Origin: Candidatus Poribacteria bacterium
GTDB taxonomy: Bacteria > Poribacteria > WGA-4E > PCPOR2b
Direction of reading: 5' to 3'
DNA length: 64,000 bases
Assembly (NCBI GenBank): GCA_965215015.1
Contig: OZ244042.1
Location: 1,728,001-1,792,000, forward strand
Under the pieces are notes generated by a model, which had not been told where the DNA came from, searched no databases, and saw nothing but the letters and a program-made list of their open reading frames with translations. A program made the position numbers and the translations under genes. Every line of letters starts with the position of its first letter. The first letter of the stretch is position 1. Below are positions 47,396 through 58,228 of this stretch, piece after piece.

Positions 47396-48406
47396 ATGCG
47401 TTCTCACAATGACTTCCGCTGCTATCCCTTACTCATCGCGATTGGTTGTATATTCACAACAGTTTGCATCTTTTCTGTTGATGCATCTTCAATCAAAACC
47501 AGTTACAAGTATCAAGAGATTAAGCGGCTCCATAAAACGATCCTCCAAAACAGTGAACCGGCAGGACTCAACATGCTGATTCAGAAATCACGCGCGTTTA
47601 TCGCGGAGCATCCGAAATACAAACGAATTGATCAGGTCTACTACATCTGCGGCAATGCGCTGACTCGTGCAGGTAATACCGAGGAAGCGGTTAAGGCTTA
47701 TCAACAACTTGTGAAAAATCATCCAAAAGCCACCTATTTTGCGCCTGCCCTGCTGGAGATGGGATTGGCCTACGATCGGCTCGGCCAGTACGACAAAGCG
47801 GATACAGCGTACCGTCAATTGGTTGAGCACCCAAAATACGGGGCGCGCTCATCTGCGCGGACGGCGAAGCGGTTGCTGGCACTGGAAAAAGAGAACCGCA
47901 CCGGTGAAGTTCCCGCAAGAGCTTCATACAGAGGTCGGCCGGATGTACTGGTTGGCAAAAAAGCAATCGAATTCAATGTGAAAGATCTCAACGGCAATAA
48001 TCTGTCGCTGGAGCAATACCGTGGCAAGGTGGTCCTGCTTGATTTCTGGGCGGTTTGGTGTGAACCGTGCGTTACTGAAATGCCTAACGTAAAGCAAGTT
48101 TACCAGAAATATAAGGATGAAAATTTCCAAATTATTGGCATTAGTCTCGATAAGAGTCGGGATACACTGGTGGGTTACCTAGAAAAGGAAGGAATTATGT
48201 GGCCCCAGTTTTTTGATGGAAATGGTTGGAAGAATCAGGTGGCGGGGATGTACGGTATCAGGGCCATTCCGCACATGTACCTCATTGATGGCGAAGGCAT
48301 GGTTCGTAAATCAGATGTGCGGGGCAGAGCACTTGAACCGGCGGTCGCCGAACTGATCCGAGAAAATAACGCGAAATTACAGGGCGACAAGCCGGCTGAG
48401 AAATAG
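47396..48406 (+). CDS. Secreted TPR + TlpA/redoxin thiol-disulfide oxidoreductase
   Basis: Signal-like N-terminus, TPRs, LDFWAVWCEPC, YGIRAIP. Confidence 0.9.
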   Translation: MRSHNDFRCYPLLIAIGCIFTTVCIFSVDASSIKTSYKYQEIKRLHKTILQNSEPAGLNMLIQKSRAFIAEHPKYKRIDQVYYICGNALTRAGNTEEAVKAYQQLVKNHPKATYFAPALLEMGLAYDRLGQYDKADTAYRQLVEHPKYGARSSARTAKRLLALEKENRTGEVPARASYRGRPDVLVGKKAIEFNVKDLNGNNLSLEQYRGKVVLLDFWAVWCEPCVTEMPNVKQVYQKYKDENFQIIGISLDKSRDTLVGYLEKEGIMWPQFFDGNGWKNQVAGMYGIRAIPHMYLIDGEGMVRKSDVRGRALEPAVAELIRENNAKLQGDKPAEK

Positions 48407-48606
48407 CGTAATACCCTCAACAATTGACGTAATGAGTAGATAGAGGTTGTCCTCTTAATTTAACGCAAAGTCGCATTGGCGGCGTGTAAGAGGCAAGAAT
48501 CTTCAGCTTCTACTTGCGCTTTCTATGACTATGCTGTTTCTTTTTTTTATTACATCTCACTATAATAAAATTTACGCGTATCAAGGAGGAGTAGAGAAGG
48601 TATGCG

Positions 48607-48945
48607 ATGCTAGGTGGTGGTACGACTCTGTTTCACTGTTCATCGAGTCCCATTTCACAGAAAAACTCCACCTACAGGGTTTATACGCTTCCTGATCGAG
48701 ACTCAGCATTAGGTAAACGTACCGTAGGTTCTCAAGAGAAACTGCCTGCCGTGGGTGATTCGCCAGAATCAACGGATCAGGCGCAAGCGTTACCGCCGTC
48801 GGATTCAAGCTCTACTAACACTAGCGATCTGAAGATAACATCCCAAGCAACGGTGGAGGTGTGGGAAGAGCTAATAGATGAACTTCAGAGGCAATGGCTA
48901 CTGGAGGGATTAGCGGAAATTGGTTTCGATGATCCGGAGCAATAG
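48607..48945 (+). CDS. Hypothetical protein, start uncertain
   Basis: AGGAGG RBS and TATAAT upstream; low-complexity middle; no recognisable domain. Confidence 0.4.
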   Translation: MLGGGTTLFHCSSSPISQKNSTYRVYTLPDRDSALGKRTVGSQEKLPAVGDSPESTDQAQALPPSDSSSTNTSDLKITSQATVEVWEELIDELQRQWLLEGLAEIGFDDPEQ

Positions 48946-49178
48946 GAGGAACTGGCAACTTCGCCGTTACTAGTGGTTAGATGGCAGGGTGAAAATCTCA
49001 AAGCCAAAATCTCAAAGCCAAGGTAAGCGAACTTGTAGAGTCGGGGGCTATCACATTTGAATCAACACAAAATCCCCCTGAGTCGAAAACCAAATCGTCG
49101 CTGAAAAGCAAGTGAGTTGCGTGCCTAGTGAACTTAATTCCAACTCTCAGACGTTGTACAAGCAAGAACACCCCACCC

Positions 49179-50894
49179 CTATCGGCTCGATTTTACGCTT
49201 CCCTCGACTAACGTGAGGGCTTGATTCACTTCCACCTCTTCAAGCCGTTCCTGTAGACCGCTTGGCCATCGGAATTCAATCGAATCGATCCGACGATGTT
49301 TCCCCAGTCCGAAATGCAACCGCATGTCGTTCTGCGATAGGTAGCTTGAGCCGCTCCGAACCTCCCGAATCTGTATCAGGTTTCCAGTTGTTACCTTGAC
49401 CTTTGCCCCAATCGCATCCCGATTGCTGCGCGTACCAACCAGTTTGAGAGTCAACCACGTATTCTGGCCTCCCCTATTCTCCAATAGGTCGGGAGACCCC
49501 CTCAGGTTCGTCACGAGCAGGTCGAGATCGCCGTCGTTGTCGTAGTCAGAGTACGCAAAGCCACGACTGACTTTCTCTAAGCGAATGCCAAATCCTGAAT
49601 TGACGCCGACCTCGTCAAAGGTGCCATCCCGATTGTTTCGGAAGAGCAGATTGGGCTGTTGATAAAATCCGGTTGGGTTGAATGCTTGAACATTCTCGTC
49701 CAAATGTCCGTTGGCGACGAACAAATCTTGATAACCGTCGTTGTCGTAATCGCAGAAACTCACCCCCCACGCCAAGTAAGGCAAACTCATTGTCCCGATT
49801 TTTGACGCATAGCTCACCTCCGAGAATAACCCATGCCCCTCGTTATGGTATAGGGTGTTCGTCTGCCCTTGGAAGTTGGTAACGATGAGATCTAAACGGC
49901 CATCGTTATCGTAATCCCCGAAGTCAACGCCCATGCCGTTCTCCGGCTCCCCATCTTCACTGAACCCAACGCCCGCGGTCAAGCTGACATCAGTAAAGGT
50001 GCCATCACCATCGTTGCGATAGAGGAAATTTTGGTCCGCGTCGTTGGCGATATAAACATCCATGTCCCTGTCGTCATCGTAATCTCCCCAAGCGAGGGCG
50101 AGGCCACGCCCTGTTGCCCCAGAAAAGCTCGCGAATTCCGTCACATCAGTAAAGGTGCCATCGCCGTTATTGTGATAGAGGATATCCAATTCCCCTTCAT
50201 AAAGGCGTGGATCGCAGTAAACACGCACTCCTTTGTTCATGCAGATCTGATCTGATTCGATGGTATACTTCACATAGTTTGTCACATAGAGGTCTAAAAA
50301 GCTATCGTTGTCGTAATCTACGAAGGCGCAGCTTGTTCCCCAACGCGTGTCCCCGGTGCCTGTCTCTGTCGTGACATCGGTAAACGTGCCATCCCCATTG
50401 TTACGAAAAAAGATGTTTGCCCCGAAGTTTGTCACGTACAGATCGGGAAACCCATCGTTGTTGTAGTCTCCAACCGCACACCCCATGCCGTAGCCTATAT
50501 CGGCGACCCCTGCTGCTCTCGCTACATCGGTAAAGGTGCCGTCACCGTTATTGCGATAAAGTGCGTTTCGCGGTGGTTCGTCCCTGTCTAATCGCCCTTT
50601 CGGAAGGAGAGAGAGGTCTGCGCCATTGACAAAGTAGATATCCTGAAATTTGTCGTTGTTATAGTCGAGAAACGCTGCGCCTCCACCGAGGGGTTCTATG
50701 AAGTATCGTTGTCCGCGCGCTCCGTCGTGGTGTTTGAAGTGAATGCCTGCCTCCTTTGTGACTGATGTAAACTTGGGCGGGGTTGCGGAGGCAGGACTGC
50801 TGATGAGAAGCAGTAGGAAACATACAAAGAAAGGCTCATAGAAAAAGAAAGTGCAAAACGCAAAGCGCGTGAAACGTGAAAACCATCTGTTCAT
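49179..50894 (-). CDS. CRTAC1-family FG-GAP/ASPIC-UnbV protein
   Basis: DYDNDG and RNNGDGTFTDV repeats, SNRDAIGAKV, SYLSQND, HFGLG, WPSG; start moved to MNRWF. Confidence 0.92.
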   Translation of the reverse strand: MNRWFSRFTRFAFCTFFFYEPFFVCFLLLLISSPASATPPKFTSVTKEAGIHFKHHDGARGQRYFIEPLGGGAAFLDYNNDKFQDIYFVNGADLSLLPKGRLDRDEPPRNALYRNNGDGTFTDVARAAGVADIGYGMGCAVGDYNNDGFPDLYVTNFGANIFFRNNGDGTFTDVTTETGTGDTRWGTSCAFVDYDNDSFLDLYVTNYVKYTIESDQICMNKGVRVYCDPRLYEGELDILYHNNGDGTFTDVTEFASFSGATGRGLALAWGDYDDDRDMDVYIANDADQNFLYRNDGDGTFTDVSLTAGVGFSEDGEPENGMGVDFGDYDNDGRLDLIVTNFQGQTNTLYHNEGHGLFSEVSYASKIGTMSLPYLAWGVSFCDYDNDGYQDLFVANGHLDENVQAFNPTGFYQQPNLLFRNNRDGTFDEVGVNSGFGIRLEKVSRGFAYSDYDNDGDLDLLVTNLRGSPDLLENRGGQNTWLTLKLVGTRSNRDAIGAKVKVTTGNLIQIREVRSGSSYLSQNDMRLHFGLGKHRRIDSIEFRWPSGLQERLEEVEVNQALTLVEGSVKSSR

Positions 50895-51292
50895 TGGTAC
50901 AGGCGGACTAGGAAGCTCGATCCACGAGCCCAAGCGGTAGTAGCCCGTAGGTTGAGATTCATATCTTGGGATTAGCATGTCAATTTTGGAAAATTGACCT
51001 ACTATAAATAACTGAGGGGTGCTCATAAAGTAATAGGCACGATCCACGTGCCGTAAACCCCGCAACTGTTATGGCATATGGCTTGGCTAACACGCAACTG
51101 CCATTAAACTCCCAACCTGAATTGGGAAAAACAAAAGGGAATAAGTCGTTACCGGCTTTTAATAAAACGCAAAGCCGCCAGGGAGCTAGGACGAAAAAAA
51201 GAAAACGAGAGAACCGTATTCCCTGCGTTATTCTCCCGATGAATCCACGATACCATAAGTATTTCCTTTGGAGGATAACCGAGTGATGCGGA

Positions 51293-52039
51293 TTAATCAA
51301 CTTTCACGTAAGTATGCGCCAAGGGTTCCCAGCCGAGCAGTCTCTTGGCTTTTGACAAATTAATCTCACACTGTTCCTCGTCACCGGCGATGAATACGGC
51401 ATCAAAGCCGGTGTGTTCGACGGAAAGCCCCGCAAGGTAAGCCCGCGCCAGATCTTCCTCATCTGTCGCCCAAATGTGCACATGATCGGACTTGGGTTGT
51501 CTACGTCGCTCAATCCACTGCTGGCGAGTCGAGGGCCCCGTGATTCGTAGAGCGATGATTGACATACCGTGTTCACGGCAGAAGTATTGACAAATTTGCT
51601 CCCCAAACCCTTTTGTCAAACCGTACACGCCGGGGTTATCAAGTGGGACCTCTTCCTCAGACGGGAATTTATTGCGTGTCCGTTCATGGACGGTGAACGT
51701 GCTCGTGTGCACGCCACGCGTGATACCCTCTTCTTTCGCAGCGTGTAACAGAATATGTAGCCCCATGGTGTTAACCTGATAGTTAGCGATGACATCATCA
51801 AAATCCGCTGCCGATGAGGCGTGATCGGTGGGACGCCGCATGACCATGTAGATGAACGCGTCCATGCCCTTAACCGCCTGTTGGACAACCTCCGGATCGG
51901 TCACCGAACCTGCGATATATTCGACGGTTGAATCTTTGGGTGGGGAGAGATCGAGGATGCGAAACTGGTGATGTGATTTCATGTAGGGCAGCGTCATCGT
52001 CCCGACATGCCCCGCGCCCCCAACAATTAGCACTTTCAT
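51293..52039 (-). CDS. NAD-dependent epimerase/dehydrogenase (uronate dehydrogenase-like)
   Basis: MKVLIVGGAGHVG, YGLTKGFGE; AGGAGG RBS. Confidence 0.85.
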   Translation of the reverse strand: MKVLIVGGAGHVGTMTLPYMKSHHQFRILDLSPPKDSTVEYIAGSVTDPEVVQQAVKGMDAFIYMVMRRPTDHASSAADFDDVIANYQVNTMGLHILLHAAKEEGITRGVHTSTFTVHERTRNKFPSEEEVPLDNPGVYGLTKGFGEQICQYFCREHGMSIIALRITGPSTRQQWIERRRQPKSDHVHIWATDEEDLARAYLAGLSVEHTGFDAVFIAGDEEQCEINLSKAKRLLGWEPLAHTYVKVD

Positions 52040-52052
52040 GGCGAGCCTCCTT

Positions 52053-52847
52053 CTAGTTGTCCCTAATTTCACTGAGCGGACGAGCATCGATGAAGAGTTT
52101 AGCACCGTGGCTGACATCTGGGGTGGTATCCACACCGCATAACCAATTCCATGTGCACTGACGCCGTGCGAGATCACGATAGGACTCCACTTCAGTGACG
52201 TAAGGGTGTCGCTCTCGGTTGGCATAAGGCGGTATTTCCTCCGACGCTATCAGCCAATCTCGATTCGGCGGTGAATTTCGGAAGTACGAAAATTTGATCA
52301 TCCCACGACGTTTCGCATTCAACTTCGGTCCCGCTTTGTGCCAGATGCCATAGTGGGTCAAAACAACCGTCCCGGCTGGGACAGTCAAGGAGACCTGACC
52401 CAAAATGTCGCCGTAATGGGCGATGGCCTCTCGATCGACCAAGCGATGATGCGAACCGGGAAGCACCATTGTGGGACCATCCTCAAGCGTAACGTCCTGA
52501 GGGTAGTAGTAGCACTGCAAGTGATTGACACCGTAGCCGTATTCGGATAGGCCATCGGAGTGCCATGTCTGGCCGGGGTGTGCTTCTTCATACAGGTGAT
52601 GGTGCGCGGTTATGGGAATGAAAAAATTTCGTCCGAGCAGGGAGCGAGCGACACCAGCAACTTCCGGGTGTAACAGCACTTCATTCCGAAATCCGGGGGT
52701 AGAAACGAATTCGTTAATTCTGCCCCCCGGCAAAGTTCCACATTGACGATTGAACTCGTCGGAGACGACTCCCCCCAGGACCACGGAGCCCCTCGAAACA
52801 AAATCCATCACCTGACTGTCGTTCATGGTGGGTTGAATATCGATCAT
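52053..52847 (-). CDS. PhyH-family dioxygenase
   Basis: WHSD, YYPQD, GPTMVLPGSH, IWH. Confidence 0.88.
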   Translation of the reverse strand: MIDIQPTMNDSQVMDFVSRGSVVLGGVVSDEFNRQCGTLPGGRINEFVSTPGFRNEVLLHPEVAGVARSLLGRNFFIPITAHHHLYEEAHPGQTWHSDGLSEYGYGVNHLQCYYYPQDVTLEDGPTMVLPGSHHRLVDREAIAHYGDILGQVSLTVPAGTVVLTHYGIWHKAGPKLNAKRRGMIKFSYFRNSPPNRDWLIASEEIPPYANRERHPYVTEVESYRDLARRQCTWNWLCGVDTTPDVSHGAKLFIDARPLSEIRDN

Positions 52848-52859
52848 CGTTTTCTCCTG

Positions 52860-53228
52860 TCATAGGTCTGAAGTCAATTTTTCCAAGATAAATTCGTAAC
52901 CTAGATAAGCGTTGTCGACATCTGAAAATTGGTAGAATTCTGCTCTCGGGAATTGAACAATTCGCCATCCGTCGTTAACCGCTTCGATAACCGAGGCGTA
53001 TGGGGCGTCTTGTGACGGCAGTGTAGGTTTATAGGACACTGTCGGGTCATACGACGCCCAACCGGCAATCGCTGAGCGCATACTTGTTGACTTTGAATAG
53101 AGATACAGCACCATCTGCCTTGGCTCGGTCAGAAGTACCTCTAACCGTTGAAGGTCAGTTTCCGTGAAATCTCCCGCTTGAAGTTTTTTACGGCTTTCGT
53201 GCAGCCACTGTTTGACTGTAGTTTCCAT
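52860..53228 (-). CDS. Hypothetical protein
   Basis: Operon-internal ORF; PYASVIEAVNDGWRIVQFP...EFILEK. Confidence 0.75.
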   Translation of the reverse strand: METTVKQWLHESRKKLQAGDFTETDLQRLEVLLTEPRQMVLYLYSKSTSMRSAIAGWASYDPTVSYKPTLPSQDAPYASVIEAVNDGWRIVQFPRAEFYQFSDVDNAYLGYEFILEKLTSDL

Positions 53229-53255
53229 TGAATTTATCCCTGTTTCTTAAAATCG

Positions 53256-54260
53256 CTAATCCCAATCAAATACTACTTTGCCGCATCTTGATTCGTCGGC
53301 GACGCGGAGTGCTTCAATGCCATCATCAACGCGGAAATGATGCGTCACCGCAGGCACAAATGTCAATCCAGTTTGGGCGCAGTACCTCACGAAATCCTTC
53401 AGCCACGCGATTGGGAATACAACAGACCCCATCAAGGTAATTCGGCGATAAACCATATCCCCCGGATTGATGACCTTGTCATCGCTCCCGACGCCGACAA
53501 GGGCGGCTTTCCCCTCACGGCGAAGGGACGGGATGATGCTGCTTCGCCCGCCGGCACTACCGGAGGTTTCGACAAGGTAATCAACGCCTTCCGTTCCACT
53601 GAACGCGACCACCGCTTCAACTGGATCTTCCGTTGCGGCATTAACTGTAGCATCCACCCCGCACCTCTCGGCAACCTCGATGCGCTCCTCCATAACATCA
53701 ACCCCGATAACCCGTGCTCCCATTGACTTCGCAATCCGCACAGTGCTTAATCCCACAGGTCCCAAGCCGTATACGGCAATCGTTTGTGGGAAATACGGTT
53801 CCACCCCTAATCGCCTCAAGGCGGCATACGCTGTGGTTCCGACGCAGGCGAAAAACGGACCGTCGATGAAATCAATCGAATCCGGGAGTACCACACAATT
53901 CCGTTCATTTGCAACGACATACTCGCCAAATGCCCCACTGACTACCTTATCGTCCGGACACCATACGAAATCTCCCAATGAGCAGTAGTAGCACTGTCCA
54001 CACCCTTGGTGGTGATGCACGGTCACCCGGTCGCCCACTCTGAGATTGGTCACATTCGGTCCTAATTTTTCAACCACCCCTGACGATTCATGCCCTTGGA
54101 CCCAATCTCTTTCCTCCGCAGCTCGATACACATGGAGATCGCTACCACAAATCCCTGATACCTTCATCTGGATCCGAACCTCTCCACTCCCCGGCTCTGG
54201 GAGGGGGACCTCTTTGACAATACATCGGCGGTTGCCTAAAAAGACGATGCCTTTCATCAT
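53256..54260 (-). CDS. Zinc-dependent alcohol/polyol dehydrogenase
   Basis: GICGSD, GHESSG, CGQCYYC...C structural Zn site, GLGPVG. Confidence 0.92.
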   Translation of the reverse strand: MMKGIVFLGNRRCIVKEVPLPEPGSGEVRIQMKVSGICGSDLHVYRAAEERDWVQGHESSGVVEKLGPNVTNLRVGDRVTVHHHQGCGQCYYCSLGDFVWCPDDKVVSGAFGEYVVANERNCVVLPDSIDFIDGPFFACVGTTAYAALRRLGVEPYFPQTIAVYGLGPVGLSTVRIAKSMGARVIGVDVMEERIEVAERCGVDATVNAATEDPVEAVVAFSGTEGVDYLVETSGSAGGRSSIIPSLRREGKAALVGVGSDDKVINPGDMVYRRITLMGSVVFPIAWLKDFVRYCAQTGLTFVPAVTHHFRVDDGIEALRVADESRCGKVVFDWD

Positions 54261-54331
54261 GAATACTCCAATCAATCCGTTGGTTTGTAGTAAGGAACAA
54301 CGATTGTTGTTCCCTACAGTTCCTTTTAAGA

Positions 54332-55747
54332 TTAAGTCGAAGTTGAACCGAACCAGTAAGCGTAAAAGCGTCCGTTTCGCAGGGTGAAGCGCAGACGGAT
54401 AGTTTGTCCCAGAAATTGAGCGATATTGCTATCAGCCCATGCTATCCGCGCCGTGGGGTAACCACCGTGAAGGCGGACGGAGGAGGCGAGCGTCTCGCCA
54501 TCAACGGAAAGCATTTCAACCCCCAACTCGCCATTGGGTACATCAACATTGACGCAGAGTGAGTCACCGTTCAGCGTAAAAGGCTGCGTGCAAATGACCC
54601 CAACCGCCTTTCCTGCATCGAGAGAGATAAACCCATCGCGCCGCAGCACGGCCAAACAGACCGCGCCGGTGTCGGGATAGTAGTCGTCATATCCCGGCAG
54701 CTCGCCGGAGGAGATGAACGCATACTGCTTGGTGCCTGTGTAGTAGAACCATAGCTCGTCACCTCGCACGACAGCGTTGGAGGGACCGAGCAATCCCTGC
54801 AAGTCATAGGCACCGGCACCCAACGGTGAGGTCTCAATGAACGGTTTGCGTTCGCCGAGTCGCGTCCAGTTTTTCAAATCGCGGCTGCATACCATCTGAA
54901 TATTGTAGAAACCGGTATAATCTCCATGCGCGTTGACACACTCTTGGATATACGGCGACAGACGCAGCCTGTCAAACCCAGGCCAATCCGTAGGGACTTT
55001 GCCTGTGTGATGGTACATAGATGGCAACCCGATATATATCCCCTCGTAGCGAAATACGCCCATATTGTAGATTTGCACGCTATAGTGTTCGGGTGTGTTG
55101 TATTCCGTTTGCCGGAGGTTGGGATTGGTAAGCCGCGCTTCGATGACGGCTTTGCCCATTTCCTGATCCACGTCGTCGGCGTGAAAAACAACCCCATAAT
55201 CATCCCAGTGCTCAAAGTCCATGCTGGTTGCCATAGCGACTGATCTGCCGTAGGGACCGGGACGCTTCACTGTGTGGATGAATAACCCCTCCTTTTCATT
55301 GTAGGAGAAGTTCCCTTCATCTGAACTCGGCACGGCGGGCACAGCCAGCTTTGTCCAGCTCACGCCGTCCGGTGAGACCGCGAAACCCGCGTTGAGAAGT
55401 GCCCCTTTGTATCGCCTGCTCGGATCCGGATCGCTTGCATCGCGAACTGCCATTGTTCCCCAAATATTTGGTCTGGGACCCGGTATCCAGTGCAGTCCAT
55501 CCGCGCTGATACGGTAACTATCGTCCGTCCCGATGACCCAGAACTTGTAAACCCCTTCCTCCGGATCCCAAGTCGGTGCGGTGCGTGTTTGGATCGTCTG
55601 GGTTGGATTCGCACTCCGAACCACCGCACCTCTCTTGGAAGGCTGGTGCAGCGTCCGGGTGAGATTTTCGATGTGTTCAATCCCGACATCGTCAAGAAAT
55701 AGTTGCCGCTGGCCGCATGGGACGCTAAATTCCGTTGTATCGTTCAT
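54332..55747 (-). CDS. Hypothetical beta-propeller protein (glycoside hydrolase-like)
   Basis: QLFLDD, Asp-box-like SxDGxxW repeats, LWFYY, LRRDGFISL. Confidence 0.7.
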   Translation of the reverse strand: MNDTTEFSVPCGQRQLFLDDVGIEHIENLTRTLHQPSKRGAVVRSANPTQTIQTRTAPTWDPEEGVYKFWVIGTDDSYRISADGLHWIPGPRPNIWGTMAVRDASDPDPSRRYKGALLNAGFAVSPDGVSWTKLAVPAVPSSDEGNFSYNEKEGLFIHTVKRPGPYGRSVAMATSMDFEHWDDYGVVFHADDVDQEMGKAVIEARLTNPNLRQTEYNTPEHYSVQIYNMGVFRYEGIYIGLPSMYHHTGKVPTDWPGFDRLRLSPYIQECVNAHGDYTGFYNIQMVCSRDLKNWTRLGERKPFIETSPLGAGAYDLQGLLGPSNAVVRGDELWFYYTGTKQYAFISSGELPGYDDYYPDTGAVCLAVLRRDGFISLDAGKAVGVICTQPFTLNGDSLCVNVDVPNGELGVEMLSVDGETLASSVRLHGGYPTARIAWADSNIAQFLGQTIRLRFTLRNGRFYAYWFGSTST

Positions 55748-55804
55748 ACAAGGCTCCCATCTGTTGAGGGAATCGTAAAGATGGATGGCCCCACCTTCAC
55801 GCGC

Positions 55805-56794
55805 TTATGATGGAGGCTCGTTAAGTGCCTGCATCAGTGCATGGATATAACCGAAGCAATACCCGAAACCGACACCGCCGGGGTTTTCGCCGGTAATTCC
55901 CGGTACGTGATCTGGCATCACCATGTACGGGTAGTCAACCGCTTTGAGAGTTCGGAGGGCCTTGAGCATATCCACATCGCCTTCGTCTGGAAACACCTCG
56001 ACAAAATCGAGGAGCCCCCCCTTGATGTTGCGGAAGTGGATGTTAAACAGCTTCTTCCGATCGCCGAAGTAGCGGATAATATCGTAGATGTCTTGACCCG
56101 GGTTCTCTAGGGATTCCGACACCGTTCCGATGCAGAAGTTCAAACCGTGGTAAGGACTCTCGTGCATCTCGACGAATTTCTTGAGACCCTCAACCGTGCC
56201 CATGACTCTGGCAACTCCTCGATATAGCCGATCACCAATGCTCGGATCCTGCGGGTGGCAAGCAAGCCTTATTTTGTACTCCTCAGCCACAGGGACAACC
56301 CGTGAAAGGAAGTAGTCAATTCGCTCCCACATCTCGTCCGCGTCGGCGGGACCGTCTTCAAACTCGTCCAATGTCTGGTCCAGTTTATGATACTCAAACG
56401 ACGACAAACTGGCACCACCCCGTCCAAACCGCCTTTCCGTCCGCAGATGACCAAGAATCGTGATATTGTAACGTCCGGCTGGAATGCCCGCCTGTGCCAT
56501 GTTACGGAGTAGATCGCAGATTTGATCAAGCTCCCGATCCCGCTCGGGACTGGGACCGAGGAAAACATGAGGGGCACCTTGTGTTCGCGCAGGTCCCGAC
56601 GCTAACGGCAGAATCATCATATCGAGCGAAATGGCTAGGGATGCCAGTTTCTCCTTAAATTGCGATAGAACGTCTACATCCCAATCCTGCCATTCGCCGG
56701 GGGGATTGGATGAAACATGATTCACACCCAACTGGGGAAGCACCTTGTAGGCATCCCAGTTATCTCCTGAAATGTGCTGTGTACCAACGTACAT
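55805..56794 (-). CDS. uxuA: Mannonate dehydratase (UxuA family)
   Basis: VVPVAEEYKIRLACHPQDP, GLNFCIGT, IHFRN, MPDHVP. Confidence 0.85.
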   Translation of the reverse strand: MYVGTQHISGDNWDAYKVLPQLGVNHVSSNPPGEWQDWDVDVLSQFKEKLASLAISLDMMILPLASGPARTQGAPHVFLGPSPERDRELDQICDLLRNMAQAGIPAGRYNITILGHLRTERRFGRGGASLSSFEYHKLDQTLDEFEDGPADADEMWERIDYFLSRVVPVAEEYKIRLACHPQDPSIGDRLYRGVARVMGTVEGLKKFVEMHESPYHGLNFCIGTVSESLENPGQDIYDIIRYFGDRKKLFNIHFRNIKGGLLDFVEVFPDEGDVDMLKALRTLKAVDYPYMVMPDHVPGITGENPGGVGFGYCFGYIHALMQALNEPPS

Positions 56795-56845
56795 TTTGAA
56801 CTCCTTTGATTGAACTGAAAACGAGACGAATTTGTATCGAATGAT

Positions 56846-58048
56846 TTAGGGGCGCGTTGGACTCCCATCCGGCAAGCGGGTCTGCGTCCACCACTCAACT
56901 TCATCCCGACACGGATATTTCGCTGCCAAATCCTCATTGATATCGATTCCCAACCCCGGCTTGTCACTCGGATACATGTATCCATTGCGAACTTCCGGCA
57001 TACCGGGAAAAATTTCATACACATGTTCAGGGAAGCCACACCATTCCTGAATCCCAAAGTTCGGTGCCCATAGATCTAGGTGTAGGTTTGCAGCGTGTCC
57101 CACCGGAGACGTATCGCCGGGGCCGTGCCACGCCGTGCGGACGCCGTACATGTTGGCGAATGCCGCAACATGACGCGCGGGAGTCAGTCCCCCCATCTGA
57201 CTGACATGCATCCGAGCAAAGTCGATCAAGCGACCGGCGATTAACGGTTGCCACTCGCGGGGATTGTTAAACAGTTCGCCCATCGCAATCGGGGTGCAAC
57301 ACTGTTGGCGGATACTAGCGAACCATTCCAGATCCTCCGGGGCAAGTGGATCCTCTAAAAAGAAAAGATTAAACGGTTCCACATCCTTAGCGAATTTGAC
57401 TGCATCAATAGGATGCAACCGCTCATGAATGTCATGCAAGAGTTCAGCCGCATCTCCCACTTCAGCTCGGACATGTTCAATCATCCGCAACATATTTAGC
57501 ATGTACTCCCGGGGGTCAAAGTACGCCCCGTCATGCGCGCCTTCTGGTTTAACAATTCGACTCGCCTCCCCACCGTAGCCACCCATCTGAATCCGAATGT
57601 AGCGGTAGCCATTTCCCATGAATTGCCGGACACTGTCAGCGACGGCTTCGGGGGAATTGCCGCCCGCATGTCCGTAGACCGCAGCAGCTTCACGACATTT
57701 TCCGCCCAAAAGCGCATACACCGGCATCCCCGCCTGTTTCCCTTTGATGTCCCATAGGGCTTGATCCGCACCAGAAATTGCATTACTCAAAACGGGTCCG
57801 TTACGCCAATAGCTATGCACCATCCCCATCTGCCAGATCTCTTCAATGCGCGAGACATCGCGCCCAATAAGGAAGGGTTTCAGGTGTTTTTCCATCGCGG
57901 TGACAACGGCGTGGAATCGCTGTGTAAAGGTTGCACACCCCAAGCCGTACAGCCCCGGCTCCGAGGTGATAATTTTGACAATAACCAACCGTGAACCCGC
58001 CGGTTGCGTTGTGATTGTCTGAACATCCTTAATCGTTACTGTAGCCAT
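56846..58048 (-). CDS. Enolase-superfamily D-mannonate/sugar-acid dehydratase (RspA/ManD-like)
   Basis: GLGCATFTQR, YWRNGP, LLHDIHERL, FFLED, MGE, WHGPGD, GIQE. Confidence 0.9.
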   Translation of the reverse strand: MATVTIKDVQTITTQPAGSRLVIVKIITSEPGLYGLGCATFTQRFHAVVTAMEKHLKPFLIGRDVSRIEEIWQMGMVHSYWRNGPVLSNAISGADQALWDIKGKQAGMPVYALLGGKCREAAAVYGHAGGNSPEAVADSVRQFMGNGYRYIRIQMGGYGGEASRIVKPEGAHDGAYFDPREYMLNMLRMIEHVRAEVGDAAELLHDIHERLHPIDAVKFAKDVEPFNLFFLEDPLAPEDLEWFASIRQQCCTPIAMGELFNNPREWQPLIAGRLIDFARMHVSQMGGLTPARHVAAFANMYGVRTAWHGPGDTSPVGHAANLHLDLWAPNFGIQEWCGFPEHVYEIFPGMPEVRNGYMYPSDKPGLGIDINEDLAAKYPCRDEVEWWTQTRLPDGSPTRP

Positions 58049-58152
58049 ATAAATCCCTTCTCTCCACTTGGGGGAGCTTAGGGTAAGGACGCAGATTTGC
58101 GTTCCTTACCTTTACCTAGCCAATCCCTTTCATCAAGACATGATTTTTTCTC

Positions 58153-58181
58153 TTGCTCTAGTTGGACAGATTTGTTAAAAT
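58153..58181 (+). promoter_or_regulatory. Sigma-70 promoter candidate
   Basis: TTGCTC-17 nt-TAAAAT with extended -10 TG. Confidence 0.5.
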
Positions 58182-58228
58182 CTTCTCACTATCGAACAAT
58201 AACACTGCACCAAAGAAAGGAATGAAAT

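Noticed and set aside
48950-49175. Possible ncRNA or intron fragment with a 14-bp tandem repeat (AAAATCTCAAAGCC x2, 48992-49019)
   Set aside because: No group II domain V, RNase P or tmRNA motifs recognised; insufficient support.
50895-51300. N-terminal extension of the CRTAC1 ORF and small ORFs at 50980-51300
   Set aside because: The region is a mosaic of REP palindromes; a later ATG gives a plausible signal peptide.
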